Positions 48,993 through 59,124 of a stretch of DNA of 64,000 nucleotides are shown here, piece after piece. Source of the stretch: Candidatus Bathyarchaeota archaeon (GTDB taxonomy: Archaea > Thermoproteota > Bathyarchaeia > TCS64). The stretch lies in NCBI GenBank assembly GCA_963771885.1, contig CAVYVF010000002.1:64001-128000 (forward strand). Direction: 5' to 3'. The stretch's first letter is position 1. Every line of letters starts with the position of its first letter. Position numbers and translations under genes: made by a program. Under the pieces are notes generated by a model that saw nothing but the letters and a program-made list of their open reading frames with translations, made no database searches and was not told where the DNA came from.

Positions 48993-50126
48993 ATGATGGG
49001 CAAGATTCTACTGATCGGCTCGGCGGGCAGCGTCGCCCACGACATGATGTACCAGATAGCTAGCATGACGGACAAGATACGCGTCGTCGGCGCTGACTAT
49101 AACGAGGTCAAGGGAAAGTATGAAGTGGACGAGTGCCTCCACGTGGCGCATAACTTCGGTCTTTACCCAGATCTCGGTTTCCGCAAGATCAACCTCTTTG
49201 ACGTCGACGGGACTGCAGAGCTCCTCAAGGAGGAGCAGCCGACGGTAATCTGCAGCCTCGCCAGCCTCGGCGCGTGGTGGGTAACCCGCCTGCTCCCCAG
49301 CGAGGTTTACAAGAAGATAAGCCCTATCGGGCCTTGGATACCCTTTCACTTCACCCTCACCCACAAGCTGATGCAGGCAGTGAAGAAGAGCGGCATAGAG
49401 ACGCGGGTCGTGAACGGCGCTTACCCGGACTTAACGAACGTGATCCTTGGCAAGATGGACATGGCCCCAGTCTGCGGCGGCGGTAACATGGACCTCGGCG
49501 CTAGTAGGCTCAGGAAGATCGTGGCGGCGGAGAGGAAGATCCCCGTCCGTGACGTCCAGGTTCTCGCTGTCGGTCACCACGGCACATTCTATACGGCGAA
49601 GATGGACGGCCCAAGCTGGTACAGGATAATCGCCGCAGGCGAGGACGTCAGCAAGGACTACCCAATCAAGACGGTCGCCAAACTCTACGACAAGTACGGC
49701 TACGCAAACATGCCCAGCTTCCCCGGGCCACTCGTCGACCAGATGAAAACGGCGAGTAGCTTCCTAAAGATCACACTCGCCGCCTACTACAACACGGGCG
49801 AGGTGATACAGTGTCTCCCCGCTCCGAATGGGTTACCCGGCGGCTACCCCTGCATCCTCGACTACGAAGGAGCGAAGCCTATCCACCCCGGCATCACGCT
49901 GAAGGAGGCGGTCAAGATCAATGAAGACGGCGCCAAGATCGACGGCATCGAGAAGGTCAAGGCGGATGGCACTGTCGTCTTCTGCGAGGAGAACGCTAAG
50001 CTGATGCGCGAGGTCGTCGGATACGAATGCCCTGAGATCAAGCCCTCAGAGCACGAGGAGCGCGCCAAGGAGCTAGATGAGAAGCTTAAGAAACTCTATG
50101 CGAAGCACAACGTCGGGAAGAACTGA
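48993..50126 (+). CDS. Uncharacterised NAD(P)-binding oxidoreductase (LDH/MDH-like architecture)
   Basis: N-terminal Rossmann IGSAGSVA, VNGAYPD, GGGN, PNGLPGGYP. Confidence 0.7.
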   Translation: MMGKILLIGSAGSVAHDMMYQIASMTDKIRVVGADYNEVKGKYEVDECLHVAHNFGLYPDLGFRKINLFDVDGTAELLKEEQPTVICSLASLGAWWVTRLLPSEVYKKISPIGPWIPFHFTLTHKLMQAVKKSGIETRVVNGAYPDLTNVILGKMDMAPVCGGGNMDLGASRLRKIVAAERKIPVRDVQVLAVGHHGTFYTAKMDGPSWYRIIAAGEDVSKDYPIKTVAKLYDKYGYANMPSFPGPLVDQMKTASSFLKITLAAYYNTGEVIQCLPAPNGLPGGYPCILDYEGAKPIHPGITLKEAVKINEDGAKIDGIEKVKADGTVVFCEENAKLMREVVGYECPEIKPSEHEERAKELDEKLKKLYAKHNVGKN

Positions 50127-50277
50127 CTTTATCTTTTTCCTAGTTGCCCTTTTTCACCACGATCTGACGATAAGGTTACAAACATAACTATCATAGTTCC
50201 TTTTGCGACAATGATGCCGCGAAATGCTACACGCGAGTCGCAATGGATATTAACGAATTACAGGAAAGGGGTAGCCA

Positions 50278-51786
50278 ATGTCCAAACCCGTCACACAGGG
50301 AAGCCTATTCCGGTCACGCATCGCCAAGGAGTTCGACAAGAAGACTGCCGAGTTCCACACCAGTGCAAACGAGGACCTACGCATATTCGAGGACGACCTC
50401 AACTGCACCACCGCTCACGATATTATGCTCCACGAGCAGGGCATCATCCCTGCCAAGGAGCTCAAGCTTATACTCACAGCCCTTGACGGGATCCGCCAGA
50501 GGTGGCGCGCCGGAGAAGTCACAGTAGGGGCAGAGTATGAGGACGTGCACGAGTACATTGAGACAACAGTCATCAAGCAGATAGGCATCGAAGCCGGCGG
50601 CATGATCCATACCGGTAGGAGCCGTAACGATCAGGTCGTAACCGACATAAAACTCCGCCTCCGCGAGGACATCCTCGCCCTCGGCGAGGCGACCCTTGAC
50701 GCCGTCGACGCACTCCAGAAGCGCGCTGCTGAGCACGCGGATACCCCCATGATCCTCTACACACACGGCCAACACGCCCAGGTCGGCACTATGGGCGCTT
50801 ACCTCAGCAGCCACGCAGACATTCTCTTTCGCGACGCCCAGAGGCTCGTCGAGCTCTACACGCGTGTCAACACGAATCCCCTCGGCGCGGGACCCGTTGG
50901 CGGGACGAGCATTAATATCAACCGTAAGCGAACCACAGAGCTCCTCGGCTTCGATGGGATCCATGAGAATGCGATCGATGCAACGAGCGCCCGCGACTGG
51001 GCAGTCGAGACCGCATCGGTTTGTGCAATAATCCTCTGCGACCTCAGCAGGCTAAGCGCCGACATACTTGAGTGGAGTACCGTCGAGTTCGGCTACATCG
51101 AGCTCAGCGATGAGTTCTCCTCGAGCAGCAGCATTATGCCCCAGAAGAAGAACCCGAGCACCATCGAGCTCCTAAGGGGAAAGTCAGGGGAAGCCACAGG
51201 AGCACTAATGGAGCTCCTCACTATGACGAAGGGGCTCGGCTCAGGCTACGTCCAGGACCTACAGGAAACCAAGCTCACCCTCTGGCGTACCGTCTACAAC
51301 ACCCAAATATGCCTCGAGATCATGGCCGGTGCCGTCGCCACGATGAAGATTAAGAATGAGAAACTCGCCAAGCCCCTCGTCGGCAACTTCGCTCTCGCGA
51401 CCGAGCTCGCTGAGACACTCGTCAACGAGACTCCTCTCAGTTTCCGCGAGGCATACAAGATCACCGCCGACCTCGTAAACACTACCATAAGCCGCGGTTC
51501 AACACTCGACAAACTCACCCCTAAGGACGTCGAGGAGAGCGCTGAGAAGCTCTACAAGAAGAAAATCAAGATCACGCCTGCCCTAGTCGAGAAAGCGACA
51601 GATCCCATACAGAGCCTCAAACGCAGAAAGAGCCTCGGTGCCCCAAGCCCAGCGGAGGTAAAGAGGATGGTCAAGGAGCACGGTGCAGCAGTAAAGGAAC
51701 AACGCATGGAGCTCGAAGCAAGGAAGAAGGCAGTCGAATTGGCGCTGAAGAACCTCTACGATACCGCCGCTAGGCTCTCGAAGTAA
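50278..51786 (+). CDS. argH: Argininosuccinate lyase
   Basis: EDVH..IE, HTGRSRNDQ, YTH.Q.AQ, SSIMPQKKNP, FREAY. Confidence 0.95.
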   Translation: MSKPVTQGSLFRSRIAKEFDKKTAEFHTSANEDLRIFEDDLNCTTAHDIMLHEQGIIPAKELKLILTALDGIRQRWRAGEVTVGAEYEDVHEYIETTVIKQIGIEAGGMIHTGRSRNDQVVTDIKLRLREDILALGEATLDAVDALQKRAAEHADTPMILYTHGQHAQVGTMGAYLSSHADILFRDAQRLVELYTRVNTNPLGAGPVGGTSININRKRTTELLGFDGIHENAIDATSARDWAVETASVCAIILCDLSRLSADILEWSTVEFGYIELSDEFSSSSSIMPQKKNPSTIELLRGKSGEATGALMELLTMTKGLGSGYVQDLQETKLTLWRTVYNTQICLEIMAGAVATMKIKNEKLAKPLVGNFALATELAETLVNETPLSFREAYKITADLVNTTISRGSTLDKLTPKDVEESAEKLYKKKIKITPALVEKATDPIQSLKRRKSLGAPSPAEVKRMVKEHGAAVKEQRMELEARKKAVELALKNLYDTAARLSK

Positions 51787-51824
51787 CCCTTTAAGCCCCA
51801 AACCCCCCATCTACCTGGACCCTG

Positions 51825-52571
51825 TTGAACAGCCGCGACATACTAATCATCGGCGCACTCATCCTCGGAGGCGCCATCGCACTGGAGCTCTATACAAACT
51901 ACGCCGACCCATTCATAGACTACACCCCAAAATCATTCACAAACCTGCTCACCGACGCCCCCCAGCGCTTCTCCTTCTACAAGGACGGCGAGCGCATCGG
52001 TAACTACTCGTACACGCTCACAGCCCTGAACAGCGGCGGGCAGACGTTGTATACGTTATCGACCTCCGTCGACGCCGTGTATCAGGGCTCGGTACTCCTC
52101 CTGAACACGACGCACAGGTTCCTCGCCGCTACCAGCCACCTCGGGTACACGGTGGACACCGACCTAGCTGGGCAAGAGTCGCACGTCGAGTGCGTATTCC
52201 TCGGTGACACCGCCGGGATAAGCACGTCATCGCAGGGGAAAAGCCAGAACACGACCCTGACCCTGAAGCCGAACACCGTTATTGTGGACAACAACGACCC
52301 TGCCCACTGGGAGCTGCTTACGAAGAGCTTCTCCCCTGAGCCGGGGAAGAAGTACAAGGTGAACGCCCTCGTCCCCCAGGGTGCGATTATACAGACCCTC
52401 GAATTTGGTGTAGATACCGCTCACCAGTTCGTTAACATCGGCTCGAAGAGCTATGAGTGCGTCGTCGCTCGGGAGCCAAACTATGAGATAACCCTCTTCT
52501 TCTACGAGGGTCACATGATACAATACAAGAATGAACCTGATGGCATCGTTATAGTTAAGCAGATGCCCTAG
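51825..52571 (+). CDS. Hypothetical membrane-anchored, beta-rich exported protein
   Basis: N-terminal TM helix; 248-aa ORF after TTTAAG. Confidence 0.7.
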   Translation: MNSRDILIIGALILGGAIALELYTNYADPFIDYTPKSFTNLLTDAPQRFSFYKDGERIGNYSYTLTALNSGGQTLYTLSTSVDAVYQGSVLLLNTTHRFLAATSHLGYTVDTDLAGQESHVECVFLGDTAGISTSSQGKSQNTTLTLKPNTVIVDNNDPAHWELLTKSFSPEPGKKYKVNALVPQGAIIQTLEFGVDTAHQFVNIGSKSYECVVAREPNYEITLFFYEGHMIQYKNEPDGIVIVKQMP

Positions 52572-53499
52572 TGAGCTTTCCTGCGACCGCCAGCCCACCG
52601 TAGAGGACGATGTCCGCCCCAAGGGGTGTTAACTTGATCTCGGGCTTCCTGTTGATCAGATGCTTGTCTATGCCCTTCTTGATCGGCTCCAAAATCAGCT
52701 CCGGATTGTTAAGAGCCACCGAGCCGCCGATTGTAATAAGCTCGGGGTCGAACGCGTTCACTATATCGGCGAAACCCACCGCGTTCACATTCCCTATCTC
52801 TTCGACAACGTGGAGGGCGTCTTTATCCCACTTCCTAGCCGCGTCGAACACCATCTCCGATGTTAGCCTCTCGAGGTCGCCACCGACCATTTTGAGCAGT
52901 TGACCCCCATCAAGATCACTGTTCCTAAGCAATACACGTGCAAATTTTGGTATGTTTGCGCCGCTGCAGTGCGCCTCCCAGTGCCCCTTGCAACCGCAGC
53001 CGCAGACAAGCTCCGAGTCCGGGTCTACCGTGAGGTGCCCTATCTCGGGAGCATTACCGTCCTTCCCGTTCAGCGGTTTACCATCTACTATCGCTCCACC
53101 CCCAAGCCCCGTGCTCATGGTGACATAGAAGATGTTATCGAGCCCCCTCCCCGCCCCGTAGAGGTGCTCTCCGACGACGGCGGCGTTACAGTCATTCACT
53201 ATCCTGACGGGAACGCCGAACTCTTCCTCAAGTGGCGCGACGATCGGTATGTGTTTGAATGCAAAGTTCGGAGTAGCGCCTATGGACCCCCTCTTGACAT
53301 CGAGTGGTCCGATCGAGCCGATCCCGACCGCCCTCGGCTCAGCGCCTAGGCTTCTTATCATCCTCGCGATCTGCCGCGGAACCCCCTCAGGCCCGTTAAG
53401 CCGGTCAGTAGCCTCGGACCTCTTCGCCTTTAGGCTTTTCTCGTCACCAACGGCGACGCGAATGTTCGTGGCGCCGATATCCACCGCTACGAGGGACAA
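52555..53499 (-). CDS. ROK-family sugar kinase (glucokinase-like)
   Basis: VDIGAT, NDCNAA..GE, STGLGGG, EIGH, CGCG..GHWEA. TTG at 53499 taken as start. Confidence 0.92.
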   Translation of the reverse strand: MSLVAVDIGATNIRVAVGDEKSLKAKRSEATDRLNGPEGVPRQIARMIRSLGAEPRAVGIGSIGPLDVKRGSIGATPNFAFKHIPIVAPLEEEFGVPVRIVNDCNAAVVGEHLYGAGRGLDNIFYVTMSTGLGGGAIVDGKPLNGKDGNAPEIGHLTVDPDSELVCGCGCKGHWEAHCSGANIPKFARVLLRNSDLDGGQLLKMVGGDLERLTSEMVFDAARKWDKDALHVVEEIGNVNAVGFADIVNAFDPELITIGGSVALNNPELILEPIKKGIDKHLINRKPEIKLTPLGADIVLYGGLAVAGKLTRASA

Positions 53500-53533
53500 C
53501 TCATGCAAAAAGACGCTGGGTAAATAAAAGAGG

Positions 53534-54547
53534 TTACTTCGCGACGATCGTCGTGCGGAGCTTGCCGATGCCAGGAACTTCCGCCTCCAGTACGTCACCC
53601 ACCTTAAGGAAGTTGTCAGGCTTCGTCTTCCCATCAACAACGGGACTAGTATCGAGTGCGGTGCCCGAGCAGGTGCCGCCGCAGACGATATCACCAGCAT
53701 AGAGGCACATGTCCCTGCTCAGCCAAGCGATCCACCACGGGTACTTCCTGATCATGCTCTCCATCGAACCGTTCTGGCGGACTTTGCCGCTGATGGTCTG
53801 CTTGAGCTTGAGCTTGTAAACGTCCTCGATCTCATCCTTAGTGACTATGCAGGGGCCCATTGGGGCGCAGCCGTCGAAGTTCTTTGCGAAGAAGAACCCG
53901 TCGGGTCCGCCGAAGCGTCCGCCGTCACGTATACTCAGGTCATTGACGATCGTGAACCCGTAGATGTAGGACTCGCCGTCCCCTTCCTTAATGTCCTTTC
54001 CACCCTTGCAAAGGACGGCGCCGACCTCTACCTCATAGTCGAGGCGCTGCGTCCTCGCGGGGTAAGGAGTGCAGCCGTCGGGGTCGACAACGTTGCGAGC
54101 CTGCTTCCAGAAGCCCCACGCGTGGTAGGTCCCCTCCTTGACCTGCTTCTTTATCTCCTCAACTGTTGTGGGGCGCCCCATCATCTTGGAGACGTCCGCG
54201 CTGTGGTCGTAGAAGTTGGCGCCGGCCATCGCGATCCTGCTCGCCGGGCTTGGGAGAGGCGCGTGCAGTTTCGCCTCATCGGCTTTGTAGACGAGTTTTT
54301 CGCCGCACGAGTCGACCTTCGCCTTCTTCGCGTAGGTGACAGCCTTCGCGGCTGCCTTGAGTCCTGCGTCTCCTTCCTCGATGAAGCTTAGCAGGTTGGA
54401 AGGCACCTCCGCGTCTGCCTTGGCGCAGGCGCGTGCCTCGCCATTGCTCTCGAGCAGTGCAGCGTAGGCGTGGTTGAGGTCGACGACCGAGCCGTCTTCG
54501 AGCCATGCGCCGAGCCTCTTCTTTGGACCGAATACAACGAGCTTCAT
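53534..54547 (-). CDS. Fumarylacetoacetate hydrolase family protein
   Basis: GANF..H, LDYEVE, GFTIVNDLSIRD, KNFD..PMGP, GT..G. Confidence 0.9.
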   Translation of the reverse strand: MKLVVFGPKKRLGAWLEDGSVVDLNHAYAALLESNGEARACAKADAEVPSNLLSFIEEGDAGLKAAAKAVTYAKKAKVDSCGEKLVYKADEAKLHAPLPSPASRIAMAGANFYDHSADVSKMMGRPTTVEEIKKQVKEGTYHAWGFWKQARNVVDPDGCTPYPARTQRLDYEVEVGAVLCKGGKDIKEGDGESYIYGFTIVNDLSIRDGGRFGGPDGFFFAKNFDGCAPMGPCIVTKDEIEDVYKLKLKQTISGKVRQNGSMESMIRKYPWWIAWLSRDMCLYAGDIVCGGTCSGTALDTSPVVDGKTKPDNFLKVGDVLEAEVPGIGKLRTTIVAK

Positions 54548-54581
54548 AAAGGGTCGCTGAATAATCGCCCCGACCCACGAT

Positions 54582-55331
54582 TTAAGTGTGAGCAGGCTTT
54601 CTGCCGACGGGGCAGGCGTCGAGGCATCTTGTGCACTCGATGAAGCTCCCCGGAGTCGGCCTGATTATCAATTTCTCGGTCAGCTCCCTCACGTCTCCGT
54701 CAACGTCCTTCGATTCGGGACTCTCCAGCGCGTATACCATGCACCTCTTTATCGTGATGTTGTGTGGCTTCAGCGCCTTCGTCGGGCATGCCCCGATGCA
54801 TCGAGTGCAGTCTCCACAGAGGTCACCGGAGAAGGGTGAGTCTGGTTCCAGCTCTGCCGATGTGAGGACAGCACCTAGCCTAATCTTTGACCCGAATTCC
54901 CTCGTTACGACGACGGTGTTCTTCCCCTGCATCCCCAGCCCGGCGAGAGCAGCTGCAGGTTTCAGAGGCAGCCCCTCAGCTGGAACGGCGTCGAAGCCCT
55001 TCTCCCTGAGCCACTCGGCGAGCTGCCAAGTCTTCTTACCCACGACCTCCGAGTATAGTTGATGAAACTCGAACTTATTACCCGATTCGTGTAGACCGAT
55101 CCCCTTCCAGCGTGGGTCGAGGGTATGGACGTTGAAGATTGGGTCCCAGATATGGTAGCCAAGCACGATAGCCGATTTTACTGTGGGCAACTCCTCCTCT
55201 GCCGCTACGAGCGTATGCACGCCTTCGACATCCCCCTTGGGCAGGCGTTTTAACCTCTCAAGCGGCACGATACCGACAAGCTGGAATCCTATTTCACATG
55301 CCTTATCCTTGACCTCGCGGCTCGTAACCAT
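54582..55331 (-). CDS. Epoxyqueuosine reductase (QueG)-like 4Fe-4S protein
   Basis: KPAAALAGLG..GKN....T.EFG..IRLG, CxxCxxCxxxCP and CxxCxxxCP. Confidence 0.82.
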   Translation of the reverse strand: MVTSREVKDKACEIGFQLVGIVPLERLKRLPKGDVEGVHTLVAAEEELPTVKSAIVLGYHIWDPIFNVHTLDPRWKGIGLHESGNKFEFHQLYSEVVGKKTWQLAEWLREKGFDAVPAEGLPLKPAAALAGLGMQGKNTVVVTREFGSKIRLGAVLTSAELEPDSPFSGDLCGDCTRCIGACPTKALKPHNITIKRCMVYALESPESKDVDGDVRELTEKLIIRPTPGSFIECTRCLDACPVGRKPAHT

Positions 55332-55388
55332 GAAATAAACAACTCCCCCCAGGGAAAATACTTAGCGACGTCACATGACTGTGATGGT

Positions 55389-55853
55389 TTATGCCGGCTT
55401 CGGTTTCTTGATCAACCCTCTTGCGAAGTCCTTCGCCGCTTCGATATCACGTTCGTTTGGTCTGCCCTTGTTTATACCCCCGAGCAACTTGTAGAACCCA
55501 TAGGTGTCGAAGCCGAGACAATACCATTCGCCCACAACCATGAATCCCTTGTCCCCGAGGTACTTCTTGAGCTCATCATGCGCCGCCTTTTGGCCAAATC
55601 CACCATATGTGCTGAACACGAAGGCGTTCTTCCCATCATACCTCGGAAGCTCCTCAATGAACTTGATGAGCCTCTTGTCGAATCTGCCGAAGTAGTTGCC
55701 CGAGGCGAAGCCGACGAGATCGTAGTCGGTTAGCTGCCCCGGCTTGACGGCGGCGGGGCTCCTCAGCTCCGCGTCTAGGACCGTTCCCATAGCTCTCGCG
55801 ACAGCCTCGGTGTTACCGTGATGGTACGAAATGTAGACGATAAGCGTCTTCAC
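55389..55853 (-). CDS. Flavodoxin-family protein
   Basis: Y.S.HHGNT..VA, GFASG.YFG, FSTYG, GGINKGRP. GTG start at 55853. Confidence 0.88.
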   Translation of the reverse strand: MKTLIVYISYHHGNTEAVARAMGTVLDAELRSPAAVKPGQLTDYDLVGFASGNYFGRFDKRLIKFIEELPRYDGKNAFVFSTYGGFGQKAAHDELKKYLGDKGFMVVGEWYCLGFDTYGFYKLLGGINKGRPNERDIEAAKDFARGLIKKPKPA

Positions 55854-55993
55854 AGGCAACCCGAAGCGATGCCCGCATATCAATCTCCCCGTAATTACTG
55901 CAATTATCGGCAATTTTCAAGCATTTACTTCGTGGGAACGGTTATATCCCGCGAGAGGAGATGTAAACGGATTCATCAAGGGAGATTACCACG

Positions 55994-56809
55994 ATGATGG
56001 AGATCAGGTTCCACGGAAGGGGCGGCCAAGGCGCCGTCACCGGAGTTAGGCTCCTCTCAACCGCCATGTACTACGAGGGAAAGTACACCCTCGGCATACC
56101 CATGTACGGCACCGAGAGGCGCGGAGCACCGGTCCAATCGTTCCTCAGGGTCAGCGATGACAAGATTTGGGAGCGCGACCTCGTCCACGAGCCAGACATG
56201 GTCGTCGTCCTAGACCCACTCCTCGCGAAGACCGTCCCCGTCACACAGGGACTCAAGAAGGGCGGACTCGTTCTCGTCAATCACCCACATGGCGGTCTCG
56301 AGACGGGCATCGGCGGCCCATACAAGGTCGCCACCGTCGACGCGACGAAGGTCGCCATGGAGACAATCGGCAGGCCCATCACCAACACCGCCATCCTCGG
56401 CGCATTCGCCAAGGTGACTGGTATGGTCAAGCTTGAGAGCCTCGAAAAAGCTGCGCACCACCAGTGGAGCGGGCGCATCGGCGAGATGAACATAAAGGCT
56501 ATGCAGAAGGCATACGAGGTCGCCACCCCCGTCGTCGACGTCTCAAAGGTCAAGATGGAGGAGGTCAAGCTCGAGGGTCGCGCACGCAAGGCAGGCGAGA
56601 GAGACGTCTCCAGCTGGAGGCTCTACCGTCCAGTCTTCAACGACGCCAAGTGCGTCGGCTGCAAGCGCTGCTTCATACTCTGCCCCGAGGTCGCAATCGG
56701 CATGCAGAACAACAAGGCCGTCGTCAACTATAAGCACTGCAAGGGCTGCGGAATCTGCTTCGAGGAGTGCCCAACAAAGGCGATCAGCTGGGTCCAGGAG
56801 ACCATCTAA
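55994..56809 (+). CDS. porC: 2-oxoacid:ferredoxin oxidoreductase gamma subunit fused to delta (ferredoxin) subunit
   Basis: EIRFHGRGGQGAVT, YGTERRGAPV, NTAILGA, then WR..RPV and two CxxCxxCxxxCP motifs. Confidence 0.92.
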   Translation: MMEIRFHGRGGQGAVTGVRLLSTAMYYEGKYTLGIPMYGTERRGAPVQSFLRVSDDKIWERDLVHEPDMVVVLDPLLAKTVPVTQGLKKGGLVLVNHPHGGLETGIGGPYKVATVDATKVAMETIGRPITNTAILGAFAKVTGMVKLESLEKAAHHQWSGRIGEMNIKAMQKAYEVATPVVDVSKVKMEEVKLEGRARKAGERDVSSWRLYRPVFNDAKCVGCKRCFILCPEVAIGMQNNKAVVNYKHCKGCGICFEECPTKAISWVQETI

Positions 56810-56824
56810 GGAGGAGAATGATAC

Positions 56825-58021
56825 ATGCCAGAAAAGTTCGAGGTTATGGTCGGTAACAAGGCGGTCGCCCACGCCGTAAGGCTCTCGAGGGCGAAGTTCA
56901 TCTCCGCCTTCCCAATCACCCCCCAGACAACCATCGTCCAATACATCGCAGACATGGTCGCAAGTGGGGAGATCGACGCTGACTACGTCACGACTGAAGG
57001 CGAACTTACCGCTCAGGCATCCGCGTTCACCGCGGGCGCCGCAGGCGTACGCGCCTTCACAGCAACCGCGGGACCAGGACTACTCTACATGCACCACCCG
57101 ATGCTCGCCACCCGTAACAACAGGGTCCCAGTCGTCATGGCGCTCATGCACAGAGGCATCAAGGGTATGGACCCCGACCAGACCGACATGATGGCGCAGC
57201 GCGAGACCGGCTGGATGATGCTCGAGTGCGAGAGCGGCCAGGAGATACTCGACACCGGCCTCATGGCGTACAAGATCGCCGAGGACGAGCGCGTCCGCCT
57301 CCCAATCATCTTCGCAGGCGACGGCTACATACTCAGCTACACTGACGAGCCCATCAACATCCCTGACGAGGCAAAGGTCGACGCCTTCCTGCCCCCATAC
57401 AAGACGACGATCCCCCTCCTCCCAGACCAGGGACCAGAGAGCAAGGTATACCAGATGAAGGCTTGGAGCGTCGGACGCGACCCACAGGCAACCTTCCAGG
57501 ACGACCAGCAGGCGATGGAGAACGCCAAGAAGGTCATCAAGGAAGTCAACGCCGAGTACAAGAAGATGTTCGGCCGCGGCTACGGAAACGGCCTCGTCGA
57601 GGAGTACAAGACGAAGGACGTCGACGCAGTCATCGTCGCCATGGGAACGATAGCGAGCACAGCGCGCGTCGCAGTCGACAAGCTCCAGGCAGATGGCAAG
57701 AAAGTCGGCCTCGTGAAGCTCAAGACCATCAAGCCCTTCCCCGCCGAAGAGTTCGAGAAGCTCGGCCCTAGGTTCAAGGCGATGGGCATCGTCGACCGCA
57801 ACATAAGCATCGGCTCCGGAGGCTGGACCTTCGGCGAGATAAGGAACGCCATGTACGAGCTCGACGAGAGGCCCAAGACACTCCAGTTCCACGCGGGACT
57901 AAACGGCAAGGAAGTCCGAGTACAAGACATCATGAAGATAGGCGAGAAGACCCTCAAAGGCCGCGAGTGGCTCCAAGGTCTCTCCCCTAGTGGAGTGGGT
58001 CTAAGGAGGATAATGAAATGA
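56825..58021 (+). CDS. porA: 2-oxoacid:ferredoxin oxidoreductase alpha subunit; probable frameshift near 57958 (natural stop 58004)
   Basis: GN.AVA, FPITPQT, FTATAGPGL, DGYILS. GGAGGA SD upstream. Alternative-frame tail AASGSKVSPLVEWV*. Confidence 0.92.
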   Translation: MPEKFEVMVGNKAVAHAVRLSRAKFISAFPITPQTTIVQYIADMVASGEIDADYVTTEGELTAQASAFTAGAAGVRAFTATAGPGLLYMHHPMLATRNNRVPVVMALMHRGIKGMDPDQTDMMAQRETGWMMLECESGQEILDTGLMAYKIAEDERVRLPIIFAGDGYILSYTDEPINIPDEAKVDAFLPPYKTTIPLLPDQGPESKVYQMKAWSVGRDPQATFQDDQQAMENAKKVIKEVNAEYKKMFGRGYGNGLVEEYKTKDVDAVIVAMGTIASTARVAVDKLQADGKKVGLVKLKTIKPFPAEEFEKLGPRFKAMGIVDRNISIGSGGWTFGEIRNAMYELDERPKTLQFHAGLNGKEVRVQDIMKIGEKTLKGREWLQGLSPSGVGLRRIMK

Positions 58022-58914
58022 GCAAACCAGTTCCACTCGTGAAGCTAGACGAGAAAGAGTACATCTCAGCTGCGAACCAGTCCTGCCAGGGATGCACCGG
58101 CGCATCCGTCGCAAGGATCGTCGCAAAGGTCCTGAAGGACAAGATGGTCCGCCAGGAGGTCGCCTGCTGTGGACCAGCGTTCGGCAACCTAGAGCAGCCA
58201 AGCATCTACGGAGAAGTCTTCGAAGGCGCAGGCGCAATGTCCACGGGACTCGCCCACGCCTTCAAGAGGATGAACCGCGAGGACGCCATCGTCACCACCA
58301 TCGTCGGTGACGGAGGCACGACCGACATCGGCTTCCAGGGACTCTCAGGCGCAGCTGAGCGCAACGAGAACGTCCTCTGGGTCTGCTACGACAACGAGGC
58401 ATACATGAACACCGGCGGCCAGCGTAGTAGCGCCACCAGCAAGTACGCAGAGACGACCACCACTCCGGTCGGCGAGTTCAGCCGAGGCAAGAAGGAGAGG
58501 AAGAAGAACGTCGCCGCCATGGTCGCCCTCCACAGGGTGCCCTACATGGCGACGGCAAGCATCGCCTACCCCGAGGACTTCATCGGTAAGCTCGAGTACG
58601 CTAAGAACATCAAGGGCTTCCGCTTCATCCAGATCTCCGCGCCATGCCCGACAGGCTGGAGGTTCGACCCCCAGTACGCGGTCAAAATAGCGAAGGAGAT
58701 GGTCCTCAGTGGCATGTGGCCACTCTACGAGGTCATCAACGGCGAGAGCTTCCGCCTCACCTACAAGCCGAAGGAGATCAAGCCGATAAAGGACGTCCTC
58801 AAGATGCAGGGCAGGTTCCGCCATATCACCGAGGATGAGATAAAGGACATGCAGGACGATGTGACCGCTTACTGGGGCCGCCTCGTCTCAAAGGATGGTA
58901 AGGAGTTCTTCTAA
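58018..58914 (+). CDS. porB: 2-oxoacid:ferredoxin oxidoreductase beta subunit
   Basis: CQGC, GDGGT.DIGFQ.LSG, DNEAYMNTG.QRS (TPP binding), PCPTGW, QGRF.H. Confidence 0.94.
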   Translation: MSKPVPLVKLDEKEYISAANQSCQGCTGASVARIVAKVLKDKMVRQEVACCGPAFGNLEQPSIYGEVFEGAGAMSTGLAHAFKRMNREDAIVTTIVGDGGTTDIGFQGLSGAAERNENVLWVCYDNEAYMNTGGQRSSATSKYAETTTTPVGEFSRGKKERKKNVAAMVALHRVPYMATASIAYPEDFIGKLEYAKNIKGFRFIQISAPCPTGWRFDPQYAVKIAKEMVLSGMWPLYEVINGESFRLTYKPKEIKPIKDVLKMQGRFRHITEDEIKDMQDDVTAYWGRLVSKDGKEFF

Positions 58915-58945
58915 ACTTCTTTATCATTTCCACTTTATTCTTCTA
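58915..58945 (+). terminator. Pyrimidine/T-rich tract after porB (archaeal-type terminator candidate)
   Basis: ACTTCTTTATCATTTCCACTTTATTCTTCT directly follows the stop codon. Confidence 0.35.
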
Positions 58946-59124
58946 GTCAGGTTTTTCCGGTTACAATCAGTAAATAGTTTCCATACGCCGTTTTTTCAGG
59001 GGAATTTTTACTCACCAGATATTATTCTCTATACCAACATAAACAATATAAACAGTCATTAGAATAAATACTGATTCCTATTGCCGCACTCCGGATTCAG
59101 GGCAAAGGTTAGGCTGATGTAAAC

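Noticed and set aside
54582..55331. Reductive dehalogenase
   Set aside because: Only 249 aa, with no Tat signal and no rdhB anchor gene. It fits the broad QueG-like family better.
57080..57892. Long antisense ORFs (for example 57080..57892, 46720..47424, 25209..25859)
   Set aside because: Shadow frames of GC3-rich genes on the opposite strand.
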